In this document: positions 11,865-22,325 of the stretch, one piece after another
Numbering within the stretch: position 1 is the first letter of the stretch
How the letters are laid out: the number at the start of each line of letters is the position of its first letter
From: an uncultured Armatimonadetes bacterium
GTDB taxonomy: Bacteria > Armatimonadota > UBA5829 > DTJY01
DNA length: 64,000 bases
Direction of reading: 5' to 3'
Assembly: GCA_963717145.1 (NCBI GenBank)
Contig: OY970325.1
Coordinates: 2,016,001 to 2,080,000 of the forward strand
Program-made: the position numbers and the translations under genes
The notes under the pieces: generated by a model
What the model saw: the letters and a program-made list of their open reading frames with translations, nothing else
The model's database searches: none
What the model was told of the DNA's origin: nothing

Positions 11865-12635
11865 GTGTCTAACAACCTATCGAATAACCAGTCGGCCCCG
11901 CACCTTTCCATTGTGATTCCCGTCTACAATGAGGAGCATCGACTGCACGACTCGCTCGTGCAGATCGCCGACTACCTCCGCAAGCAGCCCTACACCTATG
12001 ACGTTATCGTCTCGGATGACGGGAGCAATGACTCGACTGTGAACCTGGCTGAGAGCTTCGCCACAGACCACCCGTGGCTCAGGACGATCCATCACCCGGA
12101 CAACCATGGCAAAGGCATGGCGGTCCGGCGAGGTATGATGGAGGCGTCAGGCGACTACATCCTCATGTGCGATGCGGACCTCGCGACACCCATCGAGGAG
12201 TTGGATGGCTTTTGGCCGCACATCGAGGAGGGCGCGGACATCGTGATCGCTTCCAGACCGCTCAGAGGGTCGCACCTCGTCCGCCGACAACCGATCTACC
12301 GGGAGCTGGCCGGTCGGATGCTGAACCTCCTGGTGCGGATCGTTGCCGTGCCGGGGATCCGTGACACCCAATGCGGGTTCAAGCTGTTCCGGCGTGACGT
12401 CGCTCACCAATTGTTCTCGATGAGCGTGCGCGAGGGCTGGGATTTCGACATCGAGATCCTGTACCTGGCTCGTCGGCTCGGCTACCGGGTTGTCGAGGTT
12501 CCCGTGCACTGGTACCATCGCGAAGGGTCGAAGGTGAACTTCCTTCGAGACGGGATTAGAATGGTGATCGGGCTTTTCCAGATCCGAAGCCGCCATCTGA
12601 GGACTAAGGGGACTGTGCGCCATGCAGACCGCTGA
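11865..12635 (+). CDS. GT2 glycosyltransferase (polyprenol-phosphate glycosyltransferase-like)
   Basis: SIVIPVYNE, DDGSND, NHGKG, DADL, DTQCGFKLF. Confidence 0.92.
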   Translation: MSNNLSNNQSAPHLSIVIPVYNEEHRLHDSLVQIADYLRKQPYTYDVIVSDDGSNDSTVNLAESFATDHPWLRTIHHPDNHGKGMAVRRGMMEASGDYILMCDADLATPIEELDGFWPHIEEGADIVIASRPLRGSHLVRRQPIYRELAGRMLNLLVRIVAVPGIRDTQCGFKLFRRDVAHQLFSMSVREGWDFDIEILYLARRLGYRVVEVPVHWYHREGSKVNFLRDGIRMVIGLFQIRSRHLRTKGTVRHADR

Positions 12636-13386
12636 GTTCGCGAAGATGCGCGCGCTTGGGGGGACTCACTGGTGGTTTCTTGGAAGAAAGCACCTTCTCC
12701 GCGCGCTGCTCGGACCGATCATCGGCCCGGATGCGTTGATCCTGGATGCGGGATGTGGCACTGGTCTGGCCGGGGGTGTGCTCCTGGGCCTGGGTACCGT
12801 CATCGGACTCGACATCGCTCCTGAGGCGCTGTGCGATCGAGCACCGGGGAGTGCGGAATCCCTCTGCCTGGCATCGGTTAACCCCGCCCCGTTTGCCGAC
12901 GAGACGTTCGACCTCGTCGTCGCGCTCGATATCATCGAGCACATCGAGGATGATTCCGCCGTCCTGAACGAGTTCTACCGGATCTGCAAGCCGGGCGGCC
13001 GGGTGCTGCTCACCGTCCCCGCGTACGGCTGGATGTACAGCGCTCACGATGAAGCGCTCGGGCATTTCCGCCGGTACACGGCCTCAGAGGTCGGGCGACT
13101 CATGGAGGATGCGGGGTTCCGGCTCGTCAAGGTTTCGCACTGCGTCACGGCTCCGTTTGCGGCGGCGGCGGGGTTTCGGTTCATCCGCCGGGTGGTGCGG
13201 AGCCGTGGAGGCAGCGATCTGTTCGAAGTCCCGAGGCCCCTCAACTCCATCCTGACCGGGATCATGAGAGTCGAGGCTGCGCTGTTGAGGCACATGAACC
13301 TGCCGTTCGGACTCTCGATCGTGGCGATAGGAAAGAAGGGTCAAGGGATACGTACTCGTCCTCGCACTCGGCATCTTGATGGCTGA
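12622..13386 (+). CDS. Class I SAM-dependent methyltransferase
   Basis: HWWF, ILDAGCGTG, DIIEHIEDD, HFRRY. Confidence 0.9.
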   Translation: MQTAEFAKMRALGGTHWWFLGRKHLLRALLGPIIGPDALILDAGCGTGLAGGVLLGLGTVIGLDIAPEALCDRAPGSAESLCLASVNPAPFADETFDLVVALDIIEHIEDDSAVLNEFYRICKPGGRVLLTVPAYGWMYSAHDEALGHFRRYTASEVGRLMEDAGFRLVKVSHCVTAPFAAAAGFRFIRRVVRSRGGSDLFEVPRPLNSILTGIMRVEAALLRHMNLPFGLSIVAIGKKGQGIRTRPRTRHLDG

Positions 13387-14287
13387 TCTACAAATGCTCA
13401 CGACCACAGATATCCTCCGCGCCGGCGCGGGGCTGCTCGGAATCGGAACGATCGTCTACGCATGGGCCATCGAGCCCTACCACATCCAGGTGACCGAGCG
13501 AACAATCGGCATGCCCGAACTGCCCGACTCGCTCGACGGCCTCACGATCTGCCACCTCTCCGACCTTCACGTCGGTGACTTCCGACGCATCGAGAAAGCA
13601 CTGGTACGCAAGCTGTCCGGCAGGGAGGTCGATCTCTGCGTGATAACCGGCGACCTGGTCTCCTGCCCTCAGGGCATGAAGCATGTGGGCCGCATCCTCT
13701 CCCATCTCAAGTCACATCACGGGTTCTACGCGGTATTCGGCAACTCGGAGCATGAGTCATGGACCCCGGGTGTACCGATAGCGGAGGAACTCGAGGCGGA
13801 AGGCATCCGTGTACTCATCAATCAGGGCCGGCGCGTGACCATCAACGGCAGCGAGGTCCTGATCGGCGGCGTGGACGATCCTTACCTCGGGCGTGCGGAA
13901 CCGGATCGGGCGCTGGCCGGATCTGCACCCCTTACGATCCTACTCGCCCATTCGCCCGACATCGTGAGGGATCTGGGCGATGAGATGCCGGACCTGATCC
14001 TCTCCGGTCACACCCATGGCGGACAGATATGCCTTCCGTTCCTCGGGGCACTCTGGCTTCACTGCCGACATCCGAAGCTCGGCATCCGCAACGGATACTA
14101 CGGGCCGGATGAGCTGTCCCGGATCGCACGAAGGGGCCTCGGTCGCACTCAGATGTACGTCTCGAGGGGACTCGGCGGGAGCGGCATCCGCGCTCGATTC
14201 CTGTGCCGGCCGGAAGTCGCGTTTCTTACGTTGCGGAAGAAAGAGATCGAAACCGGTAGTAGTGCCTGTTCAGCCTCTGCAGTTTGA
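13376..14287 (+). CDS. Metallophosphoesterase (YkuE-like)
   Basis: SDLH, TGDL, GNSE (variant of GNHE), LAHSP, SGHTHGGQ. Confidence 0.9.
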   Translation: MMADLQMLTTTDILRAGAGLLGIGTIVYAWAIEPYHIQVTERTIGMPELPDSLDGLTICHLSDLHVGDFRRIEKALVRKLSGREVDLCVITGDLVSCPQGMKHVGRILSHLKSHHGFYAVFGNSEHESWTPGVPIAEELEAEGIRVLINQGRRVTINGSEVLIGGVDDPYLGRAEPDRALAGSAPLTILLAHSPDIVRDLGDEMPDLILSGHTHGGQICLPFLGALWLHCRHPKLGIRNGYYGPDELSRIARRGLGRTQMYVSRGLGGSGIRARFLCRPEVAFLTLRKKEIETGSSACSASAV

Positions 14288-14313
14288 CAAACCCTCCGAC
14301 CTCCACGTATAAT
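14284..14313 (+). promoter_or_regulatory. Sigma70 promoter
   Basis: TTGACA-18nt-TATAAT upstream of the beta-barrel gene. Confidence 0.7.
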
Positions 14314-14374
14314 CTGCACAATCGGACCAGCCGCCATTGCCATGGATGCCCTGGCCACACGTGGAGGTCACACT

Positions 14375-14941
14375 ATGAGAAAAATCCTACTTACCGCATT
14401 CGCAGCAAGTCTGCTCCTAGTCCCGGCACTTCAATCGAGCGCGCAGTACGGCGACGAGCCGACACCAAAGCTCTCAGTAAAGCTCGGAGTGTACAGGCCC
14501 TTCGGAACTAAGTTTCAGGACAACATCAAGAGTCTTTGGAAGAATATGGGGGTCGAGTACGCCGTCAGGTCGGATGAGTTCGAAAGGCCGAGCCAAGTCG
14601 CCAGCGTAATGGCAACCAGCAGCCAGAGCGACCTCGTTGAGGCCTCCATGGTTTCCCTGCAGTACGAGAAGCGCTGGTACACCAACCAGAAGGAAGGTGG
14701 GAGTTCGCTGTACTACGCAGGTGGGTTGGGCTACTACCTGCTCAAGACGAAGAGCCGCGATACGCTGTTCCTGCCCTTTGAGAGTCGCAGTGGCGGGAAG
14801 TTGGGCGTTACCGCGGCCCTGGGATACCAGTACCAGGAGTCCGGATTCGCCGAAGTTCGGTTCAACTACTCGGGCGAACTCAGCAACGGACTCGACTTCA
14901 GCGGAGTCGGCTTCAACCTGGGGATGAGGATAGCGCTGTAG
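14375..14941 (+). CDS. Probable small outer-membrane beta-barrel protein
   Basis: Signal peptide, amphipathic strands (YYAGGLGYY, ALGYQY, VGFNLGMR); RBS GGAGG. Confidence 0.65.
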   Translation: MRKILLTAFAASLLLVPALQSSAQYGDEPTPKLSVKLGVYRPFGTKFQDNIKSLWKNMGVEYAVRSDEFERPSQVASVMATSSQSDLVEASMVSLQYEKRWYTNQKEGGSSLYYAGGLGYYLLKTKSRDTLFLPFESRSGGKLGVTAALGYQYQESGFAEVRFNYSGELSNGLDFSGVGFNLGMRIAL

Positions 14942-14960
14942 GAGCAGGCTGGGCCGTCTC

Positions 14961-16457
14961 CTACTCCTCCGCAAGTCTCATTGCGAGCATGGCGAGCGTC
15001 CTCACCGCCACGCCGGTGGCTCCAGCCGAACGATAGGGCGTCTCCTTGGACGTATCGGCGGGGCCCGCGATGTCCATATGCACCCAGGGGGTGTCATCCG
15101 CGAACTGCTTCAGGAACAGGCCGCCGGTGAGCGCCCCACCCCATCTCTCGCCGCAGTTCTTGAGGTCAGCGTATTCGCTCTTTAGCTGATCCATGTACTC
15201 CGGCGGAAGCGGAAGCTCCCACACCTTCTCCCCGGCCGCCGCCGCTGCCTCCTGGACCGAACTCACCATCGCGGGGTCATTGCCCATGATACCCGTGTAG
15301 TCATTCCCGAGCGCGACGACGCAGGCGCCCGTGAGTGTCGCCACGTCGACCATCATGTCGGCGCCGAGTTCCCTGGCATAGGTCATGGCGTCGGACAGGA
15401 TCATCCGGCCCTCGGCATCGGTGGTGATGATTTCGACAGTCTTCCCGGCTTTCGTCCGGATCACATCCCCCGGCTTGTACGCAGCGCCACCCGGCAGATT
15501 CTCGCTCGCGGGCACGACGCCGATGACGTTGATGGCCGGCTTGAGTTCGGCGATTGCCCGCATCGCCTGGATGACCGCTGCGCCGCCACTCATGTCGAAC
15601 TTCATGTCCGGCATGCCGTCGCTCGGCTTGATGGAGATTCCGCCGCTGTCGAAGGTGAGTCCCTTGCCCACCAGCGCCAGAGTCCGAGTCGCGCCCTCTG
15701 CCTTGTACTTCATCACGATGAGCTGAGGAGGCTGAGCGCTTCCGGACGAAACCGCCAGGAGGGCGCTCATGCCCTGGTCGCTCATCCAGTCCCTGTCGTG
15801 TGCCTCGAACTCGAGCCCGAAGGTTTCGGCGACCTGACGCGCTCGTTCGGCCAGAATCGTGGGCGTCATCTTGTTCGCGGGCTCATTTCCGAGCGCGCGA
15901 GCGTCGTTTGTCGCCTTGCCGAGGACGACGCCGACGCGAACTCCGGCCTGGATGATCGGTATCTTGTCAGCGTCACGCTCAACGACTGTGACCGCCTTGA
16001 ATGCACAGGGGTCCTTCTCGGTCTTGTGCAGATCCGGGTCGTAGTGTGCGATGATGCTTCCCTCCGCGAGGGCCTGAGCAGCATACTCCACGGCGAGTCC
16101 ACCAATCCCTGCGCCGTGGACGATCGTAGTCACCTCGCAGATGCCTCTCTTGCGCAGGAACCTGACGGCTGCGCCGGCAACTCGTTGGGCGGCCACCAGA
16201 TCGAACTCCGACGCCTTACCGAGGCCGACGACGAGCACTCGCTTCGGGGCGATCTTGCCGGAAGTATGAATGAGTGTGGTCTCGTTGCTCTTTCCCTTGA
16301 TCTCACCGCAGGCGATCAGGTCGGAGATCATGCCGCCGAGCGCCGAGTCGACCGCGCCGGTCGCTCCTCCGGGCGATGTGACTCCTTCGAACAGATTGAC
16401 AACGAGCGCATCGCTCGGCACTTCGGTGATCGAACCCTGAATGACACGAATCTCCAA
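14961..16457 (-). CDS. pepA: Leucyl aminopeptidase (M17)
   Basis: VGKGLTFDSGG, MKFDMSG, TDAEGR, ATLTG. Confidence 0.95.
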   Translation of the reverse strand: MEIRVIQGSITEVPSDALVVNLFEGVTSPGGATGAVDSALGGMISDLIACGEIKGKSNETTLIHTSGKIAPKRVLVVGLGKASEFDLVAAQRVAGAAVRFLRKRGICEVTTIVHGAGIGGLAVEYAAQALAEGSIIAHYDPDLHKTEKDPCAFKAVTVVERDADKIPIIQAGVRVGVVLGKATNDARALGNEPANKMTPTILAERARQVAETFGLEFEAHDRDWMSDQGMSALLAVSSGSAQPPQLIVMKYKAEGATRTLALVGKGLTFDSGGISIKPSDGMPDMKFDMSGGAAVIQAMRAIAELKPAINVIGVVPASENLPGGAAYKPGDVIRTKAGKTVEIITTDAEGRMILSDAMTYARELGADMMVDVATLTGACVVALGNDYTGIMGNDPAMVSSVQEAAAAAGEKVWELPLPPEYMDQLKSEYADLKNCGERWGGALTGGLFLKQFADDTPWVHMDIAGPADTSKETPYRSAGATGVAVRTLAMLAMRLAEE

Positions 16458-16501
16458 TTTCAGCTCCTCTGCTTATGTCTTTGGTTACCAACAAACGCGA
16501 T

Positions 16502-16533
16502 GCCCTGACGACTCCTGTCGTCAGGGCGACTAC
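16502..16533. repeat. REP-like hairpin
   Basis: Perfect 11-bp arms GCCCTGACGAC/GTCGTCAGGGC followed by GACTAC; related to the arms at 53412-53492. Confidence 0.7.
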
Positions 16534-16579
16534 CGACCGCGATCCCTCGTATCCGCCCGCCCACCCACAGAGGGTGCGG

Positions 16580-17731
16580 CTAGAGGCTGCAGAGCTTCAC
16601 CAACAGCATCTCGAAGCTCAGACGGTTCGACGCCGTCTCAGCACCGAGGCCCTTGGTGGCAAGCTCGCATTCCAACACGCCCTGCAGACACCGCCTGAGT
16701 TGGGCGGTCGAGAAGTATCCAACCTGCTCAAACAGCTTCTTCCGCTGCCAATCGGTCAGCGATAGCACGCTTGATTCGTTAGGCAGAAGCTGCTCGATCT
16801 CCTCCGGGACCGCGTTCAACTGTCGGACCCCGGATTCCCTGAGAAACCTGAGCTGATACAACAGCCGAAAGTGTCTTGCCATCAACGCGAGGATGCGGTG
16901 TACCTCGTTCTCCGGCTTGGGGCTCGCGGCCAGGGTCTCGTCGAGCAGGCGCATCGCCTCGCCGGTCTTCTTACCCCCGATGGCATCGATCAGCGCGAAT
17001 ACACGATCCTCAGCCGACCTCGAGGCCACAGCTTCGACGTCCCTGAAGGTGATCTCGTCCGAATCGCCGACGTACGTCGCGAGCTTCTCGATCTCCCGCT
17101 CGAGGAAGACCGCATTCCCCTCCACCGAACGGCTCAGGATCGCCGCCGACCTCGGATCCAGCCTCTTGCCGAGCTTTCTCGCCTGCGTGACGGCCACCTG
17201 CCCCAGCGCATCGGACTTCATCTTCGCGAAGTTGACCAAGTCGCCATGCGCCTTGACGGCCTTCTGAAGAACGGGACTCAGGCCTTTCCTGCGTTTCTTC
17301 TCCTCGGGCTCCTCCTCGGTCTCCTCGTCTGTCTCCGGCGGCTTTGACTGCGGCTGCTTCGCGCGGGAGGTCTTGTCTTCGCCGGCTAGGAGGATCAGGC
17401 AGCTTAGGGACGGCAGCTTCGGGAGGAATGACGCGATCTTCTCCTGATCGTCCTGACTGAGACGATCCGCGCGCTCCACGACCACGACTTTTCGCTCGGA
17501 CATGAAGGGCGCGGTGGTGACAGAGGACAGAATAGCCGATGCAGCCGTGTCATCGCCGTCGACCTTCTCGAGGTCGAATCCTTCCGAAGTCGGGTCTACC
17601 ATCTTGCCGATCAGTGCCTCTACGGCGTCGCGACGCCGGATGTCCGATTCGCCGGTGTAGAGGTAGACTCTCGATATGCTCTCGACACCGCGACTTGCAG
17701 TCTTATTGGCCACTCGTTTCTCCGGTTTCAC
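16580..17731 (-). CDS. holA: DNA polymerase III delta subunit
   Basis: VYLYTGE, TAPFMSERKVVVV, EIEKLATY, VFALIDAI; start uncertain. Confidence 0.88.
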   Translation of the reverse strand: MKPEKRVANKTASRGVESISRVYLYTGESDIRRRDAVEALIGKMVDPTSEGFDLEKVDGDDTAASAILSSVTTAPFMSERKVVVVERADRLSQDDQEKIASFLPKLPSLSCLILLAGEDKTSRAKQPQSKPPETDEETEEEPEEKKRRKGLSPVLQKAVKAHGDLVNFAKMKSDALGQVAVTQARKLGKRLDPRSAAILSRSVEGNAVFLEREIEKLATYVGDSDEITFRDVEAVASRSAEDRVFALIDAIGGKKTGEAMRLLDETLAASPKPENEVHRILALMARHFRLLYQLRFLRESGVRQLNAVPEEIEQLLPNESSVLSLTDWQRKKLFEQVGYFSTAQLRRCLQGVLECELATKGLGAETASNRLSFEMLLVKLCSL

Positions 17732-19802
17732 TGAGAAGTCTGCGCTTTGCAGCCCGACGCGCCTCTCGAATCAGGTCGGCGAGCTTCGACGCGGTTGATG
17801 CTTCGCGCTCCTGGGACAGACGCCGACCTGCATATCGAGCCTCGATGAAGTCATCCGTCACCGCGCGGACAGACGGCATGAGGCTCGAGCAGTTCGTTCG
17901 CAGCACACTCTCGAGCCCAAGACAATACTCGATCGGGGTCATCGATGCGGACCGCGGATACCCAAGGCGAGCAAAGGCAGCACACATCCTGCGATAGTTG
18001 TCGCCGGCGCGACCTGCAGTTGCCGATACCCTGGGCAGCCCTCTTCGGACCCGCAGCCGGTCGATGATCTCGACCTTCAGCAGGTAACCAAACAGGCAGA
18101 ACAGCAGCGCAAGCATCCAGAACGAGTCGCCCCATGTGGCAAACGTCGTCCACACACTGCGCCAGGTCGCTCGCAGGCGATCCGTCAAGCTGTCGCCGGC
18201 CTCCTGTGGAGCGGGGTCGAACGCGATCCACCCATAGCCAGGGAAATAGACTTCCACCCATGCGTGCCTGTCTCGCTGTCTCACATGGTAGAGGCGATCA
18301 TCGGCCCCGAGCTTCCCCGAGGCATATCCGACTGCGACCCGGCACGGGATGTCCGACATGCGGCACATGATAGCCATCGCGCTGGCGAATACGTCGCAAT
18401 ACCCTTTGCGAGATTTCAGCAGGAAGAAGATAACCGCATCTTCATCCGGCGGCACAGCGGGTGCGGCGAGATCGTAGACGTAATTCGATTCGAGATAGTT
18501 CTGGATGCCGATGACCTTGTCGTAGACAGTCGGCAGCGTTGAAACCAGTTCGTCCAGGCTGGTCTGCAATCTCCGGCAGGAATCCGGCACGTGCAGGTAC
18601 CTGGACTCCATCTCACTCGGATAGATCGTGGACGCCCGCCGAAGCTGGCGAGGGGTTGCCGTGCTCACCTGCGACACGATCACATAGGAGCCGCCGGTAC
18701 CGTACGGCAGGCGCAGACCGATCCTTCCGCCGGAATTGAGGAGCATCTGCGGCCCATGGAACCTGGCGAACACCGGTTCCGCGGCCCCACTCAGGCTGCT
18801 GATCTTCCCACCGGTGATTCTGAATACCTGTTCTACCAGCTTGACACTCTTCACTCCCTGCGATTCCTGTTCAGCCGGGATCCGGAACACAGATGGATAA
18901 GACAGTAACCTTGACCGGGGATGTCCATGTTGCGCGGTCTGGATCCCGGACAGCAGCTCCGGTTGTTCTCCGACAGGCAGAGTGCTCATCCACCCGCGAC
19001 CAGTGTACCTGTCATACACCTGCGACCGCCAGAGCAGGGCCTCACTACATGCGACCGTCATGATCTCCTTCTCGCCAAGCAGAGTAGGACCGGCGGCCAC
19101 TGCCATGAAGTCGCTCTCCAGGAATGATTCCTGCATCGAGGACGAACTGCGCCCCAGGAGCGATGGCCCGGCCGTGCGTTCGAGCACCGCCTGCATTACC
19201 CATCCCAGTGCGGCACCCACTATCAACGCCTGCAGCGTGATTGCAGCCGCCACCTTGAGATTGCCGGAGACCTTCCGGTGTTCCTCGGGAGTGGCATGAC
19301 TCAATGTGTTCTGTTGAACCAGGGCGAAACTGGCGAAGCACAGGTACATGATGAAGTACGACAACGACTGCCCGGCATCGAAAGTCGACATCAGGCCGAT
19401 GAGGCTCAGAGGAGGCACGCACATGAAGAGCACGGACCTGTCGCTCCGCAGATTGAAGCTGTACACGACCATCAGCCAGACCAGGATGACGCTGAGGACG
19501 AGGTCAGGTGAAGAGAGCGACTGCAGTGGAACGACTGTATACCTGAAAAGCGGGTTGGCAAAGACGAGTATGGTACTCGCCGTCAAGATGAGTAGCAGGA
19601 TGCCTTCAGCAACCGACCGCCTGAGTGTGCCAAATCGGACCGCCCCACTCGCGATGAAGCCGACCGCCATGAGCGCCATGGCCAACGATGCGAAACCGGC
19701 GTCGCCTATTGCGCGCCCCATCACTATCACCCCGATGGATGCCGCGGCGTATCCGGTGATGTACAACGATATGCGCCCGGGTTCGTTATGCTGCGTGCTC
19801 AT
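17703..19802 (-). CDS. Membrane transglutaminase-like protein (DUF3488/TgpA plus DUF4129)
   Basis: Multiple TM segments, GYCDVFASAM, HAWVEVYFPGYGWIAFDP, TPIEY. Confidence 0.9.
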   Translation of the reverse strand: MSTQHNEPGRISLYITGYAAASIGVIVMGRAIGDAGFASLAMALMAVGFIASGAVRFGTLRRSVAEGILLLILTASTILVFANPLFRYTVVPLQSLSSPDLVLSVILVWLMVVYSFNLRSDRSVLFMCVPPLSLIGLMSTFDAGQSLSYFIMYLCFASFALVQQNTLSHATPEEHRKVSGNLKVAAAITLQALIVGAALGWVMQAVLERTAGPSLLGRSSSSMQESFLESDFMAVAAGPTLLGEKEIMTVACSEALLWRSQVYDRYTGRGWMSTLPVGEQPELLSGIQTAQHGHPRSRLLSYPSVFRIPAEQESQGVKSVKLVEQVFRITGGKISSLSGAAEPVFARFHGPQMLLNSGGRIGLRLPYGTGGSYVIVSQVSTATPRQLRRASTIYPSEMESRYLHVPDSCRRLQTSLDELVSTLPTVYDKVIGIQNYLESNYVYDLAAPAVPPDEDAVIFFLLKSRKGYCDVFASAMAIMCRMSDIPCRVAVGYASGKLGADDRLYHVRQRDRHAWVEVYFPGYGWIAFDPAPQEAGDSLTDRLRATWRSVWTTFATWGDSFWMLALLFCLFGYLLKVEIIDRLRVRRGLPRVSATAGRAGDNYRRMCAAFARLGYPRSASMTPIEYCLGLESVLRTNCSSLMPSVRAVTDDFIEARYAGRRLSQEREASTASKLADLIREARRAAKRRLLSETGETSGQ

Positions 19803-21045
19803 ATATTACTCTCGCCATCGGACTGCCGGTCGAACACTCCACAGTCGCCACGGAAGCGCCGGCGGCGGCCAACCCCGACGACTGGTCCTGGACTGCCGGA
19901 CTCATCTCAGGCGTGACTGAGACAATGACCGCGGCCATCCTGGACCGCCTGGATCGCAGGAACTCGGCGCTCTCGGCAAGTCCGCTGTCGGCCGCCGATG
20001 TGATGCAGACCACGACCGAGTTCCGAGGGATATCCTCCATGTGGCTCAGCAGCACGCTCGACAGAGACTCGTGCCGGTCTGCCTTCAACTGCGCAAGAGC
20101 GTGCATGATCGAATACAGATGGTCTGTACCCCTGCCCAGGAGCGCGGCGGGCCCTTCCAGACCGGCGCACATCAGCCGCACTGAACTCCCACTGGCGACC
20201 GCATCGGAGGCTATTCCGGCCGCGAGACGCACCGCATACTCCAGGGACGAGTATGCTCCGTGTCCCATCTCGGTGCCCTGCCTCAGGTCGATCGCTATCA
20301 GTGTGTCCTGGGCAAGACTGTGCTCAAACTCGATGACGTTCAGCCGGCCATGTCTGGCCGTGGATTTCCAGTACACCCGACGAAGCTCGTCCCCCGGCTG
20401 ATACTCTCGGACACCGTGGAAGTCGATGCCGCTTCCCTTCGAGCCGCTGCCGTCGAACAGGTAGTCCCCGAACTCCCCTCCAGTGATCGACCGAAGCTCC
20501 GGTAGGTGGATAGGCATCGGGAAAACTATGACCCGTGACAGGATCGGGTAACTGCTGTGGAACTCGAACAATCCCAGCGGGTCGGTCGCGCGCACGCGGA
20601 CCGGTCCGATGAGGTGGTCTCCACGCTTAGTCGGAACGACCTCGTAGCTGAATACGACTCCATCGGCGGTGACGTTCCGTTCCGGCGAACCGGTAGCAGT
20701 TGCGAGTTCCAACAATGCCGATCCACGGCGTCTTCCAGCTTCCTCATCGCCGGCATTGGCAATCCACTGCGGCAAGGTATCCTCCACCCCGATGGGACCC
20801 AGCAGTCGTGAGCGCCCCTTCACGCATACGCTCACGTTCAGCAATTCGCCCTCGGTGGCGAACTCCGGGGCTTCGCGGGAGCAATGGAGGCTTTTCAGGG
20901 CAAATCGGCCCAAGACATACGAAACCAGCGGAATCGAGACGAGCGCAGCCGACATGAAGTAGAGCTGGCTCATTCTCATTGCGAGCGATACTGCCAGAAG
21001 GAACAACGCCGCCATTATGATTGTCAGCAGCTTCGTGTGTGTCAT
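19786..21045 (-). CDS. DUF58 domain protein
   Basis: RGDH, DPLGLF, REYQPGDELRRVYWKSTAR. Confidence 0.9.
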   Translation of the reverse strand: MTHTKLLTIIMAALFLLAVSLAMRMSQLYFMSAALVSIPLVSYVLGRFALKSLHCSREAPEFATEGELLNVSVCVKGRSRLLGPIGVEDTLPQWIANAGDEEAGRRRGSALLELATATGSPERNVTADGVVFSYEVVPTKRGDHLIGPVRVRATDPLGLFEFHSSYPILSRVIVFPMPIHLPELRSITGGEFGDYLFDGSGSKGSGIDFHGVREYQPGDELRRVYWKSTARHGRLNVIEFEHSLAQDTLIAIDLRQGTEMGHGAYSSLEYAVRLAAGIASDAVASGSSVRLMCAGLEGPAALLGRGTDHLYSIMHALAQLKADRHESLSSVLLSHMEDIPRNSVVVCITSAADSGLAESAEFLRSRRSRMAAVIVSVTPEMSPAVQDQSSGLAAAGASVATVECSTGSPMARVIYEHAA

Positions 21046-21103
21046 TGTAGCCTAGAACCGAACACCCGGTCTTTGTACTCTGTACTTCCTACTCCTGACT
21101 TCC

Positions 21104-22056
21104 CTAGACCGCCGGCACGGGTACTGCCGAGAGCAGCTCGGTGACGATATCTTCCTGCTTGAGCTTGTGCATTCGGGCCTCGGGTTTCAAGATCAGACGA
21201 TGTGCGAGCACCGGGATCGCCAGTGTCTTGATGTCGTCGGGCAGTACGTATTCTCTGCCGGATAGCAAGGCCAGCGATCTGGACGCATGTGACAGGTTGA
21301 TGGATCCTCGCGGGCTGGCCCCAGAGCGACACTCGGATGATTGCGAGTGGCCGTCACTATCTCCACGATGTAGTCACGGAGGGAGGCCTCCAGGAAGATG
21401 TCCTTGACTGATCTCTGGAGGTTCTGCAATTCGTCGGCGCTCAGCACCTCTCGGGCGTTCGTCAGCGGATGCTCGACCGCCTGGTTGTCCAGGATAAGAG
21501 ACTCTTCGGAGCAGTCCGGATAGCCGAGCGACATGCGTATCATGAACCGGTCGAGCTGTCCCTCGGGCAGCGGATAGGTGCCCTGATACTCGATGTTATT
21601 CTCGGTGGCGATCACGAAGAAGGGGCTTGGCAGCGGATAGCTGTTGCCATCGACTGTGACCTGCTTCTCCTCCATGCACTCGAGCAGGCTCGACTGGGCC
21701 TTCGGCGTCGCACGATTGATCTCGTCGGCCAGTACGAACTGCGCGAAGATCGGGCCGCGCCGGAACTCGAACTCGCCCGTCTTCTGGTTATAGATCGAGG
21801 TGCCGGTTATGTTGGCGGGAAGAAGGTCCGGAGTGAACTGAATGCGCTTGAAGGTGCACCCGAGCGTCCTGGCAAGCGCCTTGGCGAGAGTGGTCTTTCC
21901 CACGCCGGGCACATCCTCGATAAGAATGTGGCCGTTACATAGAATCGCGGCCAGGACCAGACGGGTCATCTCGCGCTTCCCAACGATCACGGTCTCAATC
22001 TCGTCGAGGACGAGATTGGCCTTCAGTTCCATATCCTTGAGGCACACCGATGTCAT
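21104..22056 (-). CDS. MoxR-family AAA+ ATPase with an apparent 1-nt deletion near 21320
   Basis: EDVPGVGKT, RIQFTPDLLP, DEINRA; after adding one G to the G-run, the frame continues ASPRGS...VLPDDIK...LAHRL to a TAG at 21104. Confidence 0.9.
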
Positions 22057-22176
22057 ACAATTCTCCACTCTGTCCGAAGAGGCAGGGAGCGGTTTCCAAT
22101 CTCCTGCCATACACGCCCTACTTTGTAGACTATTCACGGCGCAGTCCGGTTCCACCTTCCTGGGGAATGAGGGAGC

Positions 22177-22242
22177 GGGAATGGTTGATGGTTCATGGTT
22201 GATGCCGCATTCCCCCATTAACCATGAACCATCAACCATCCC
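22177..22242. repeat. Heptamer-arm palindrome (ATGGTTG)n/(CAACCAT)n, copy 1
   Basis: GGGAATGGTTGATGGTTCATGGTTGATG...CATTAACCATGAACCATCAACCATCCC. Confidence 0.85.
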
Positions 22243-22325
22243 GCCATTCCCCCCACGTGCAGGATTTCCCGCCGGTCAACAGGAACTGCTGGAATTGAGC
22301 AGTTCTTCCCACGAAGAGGCGACCC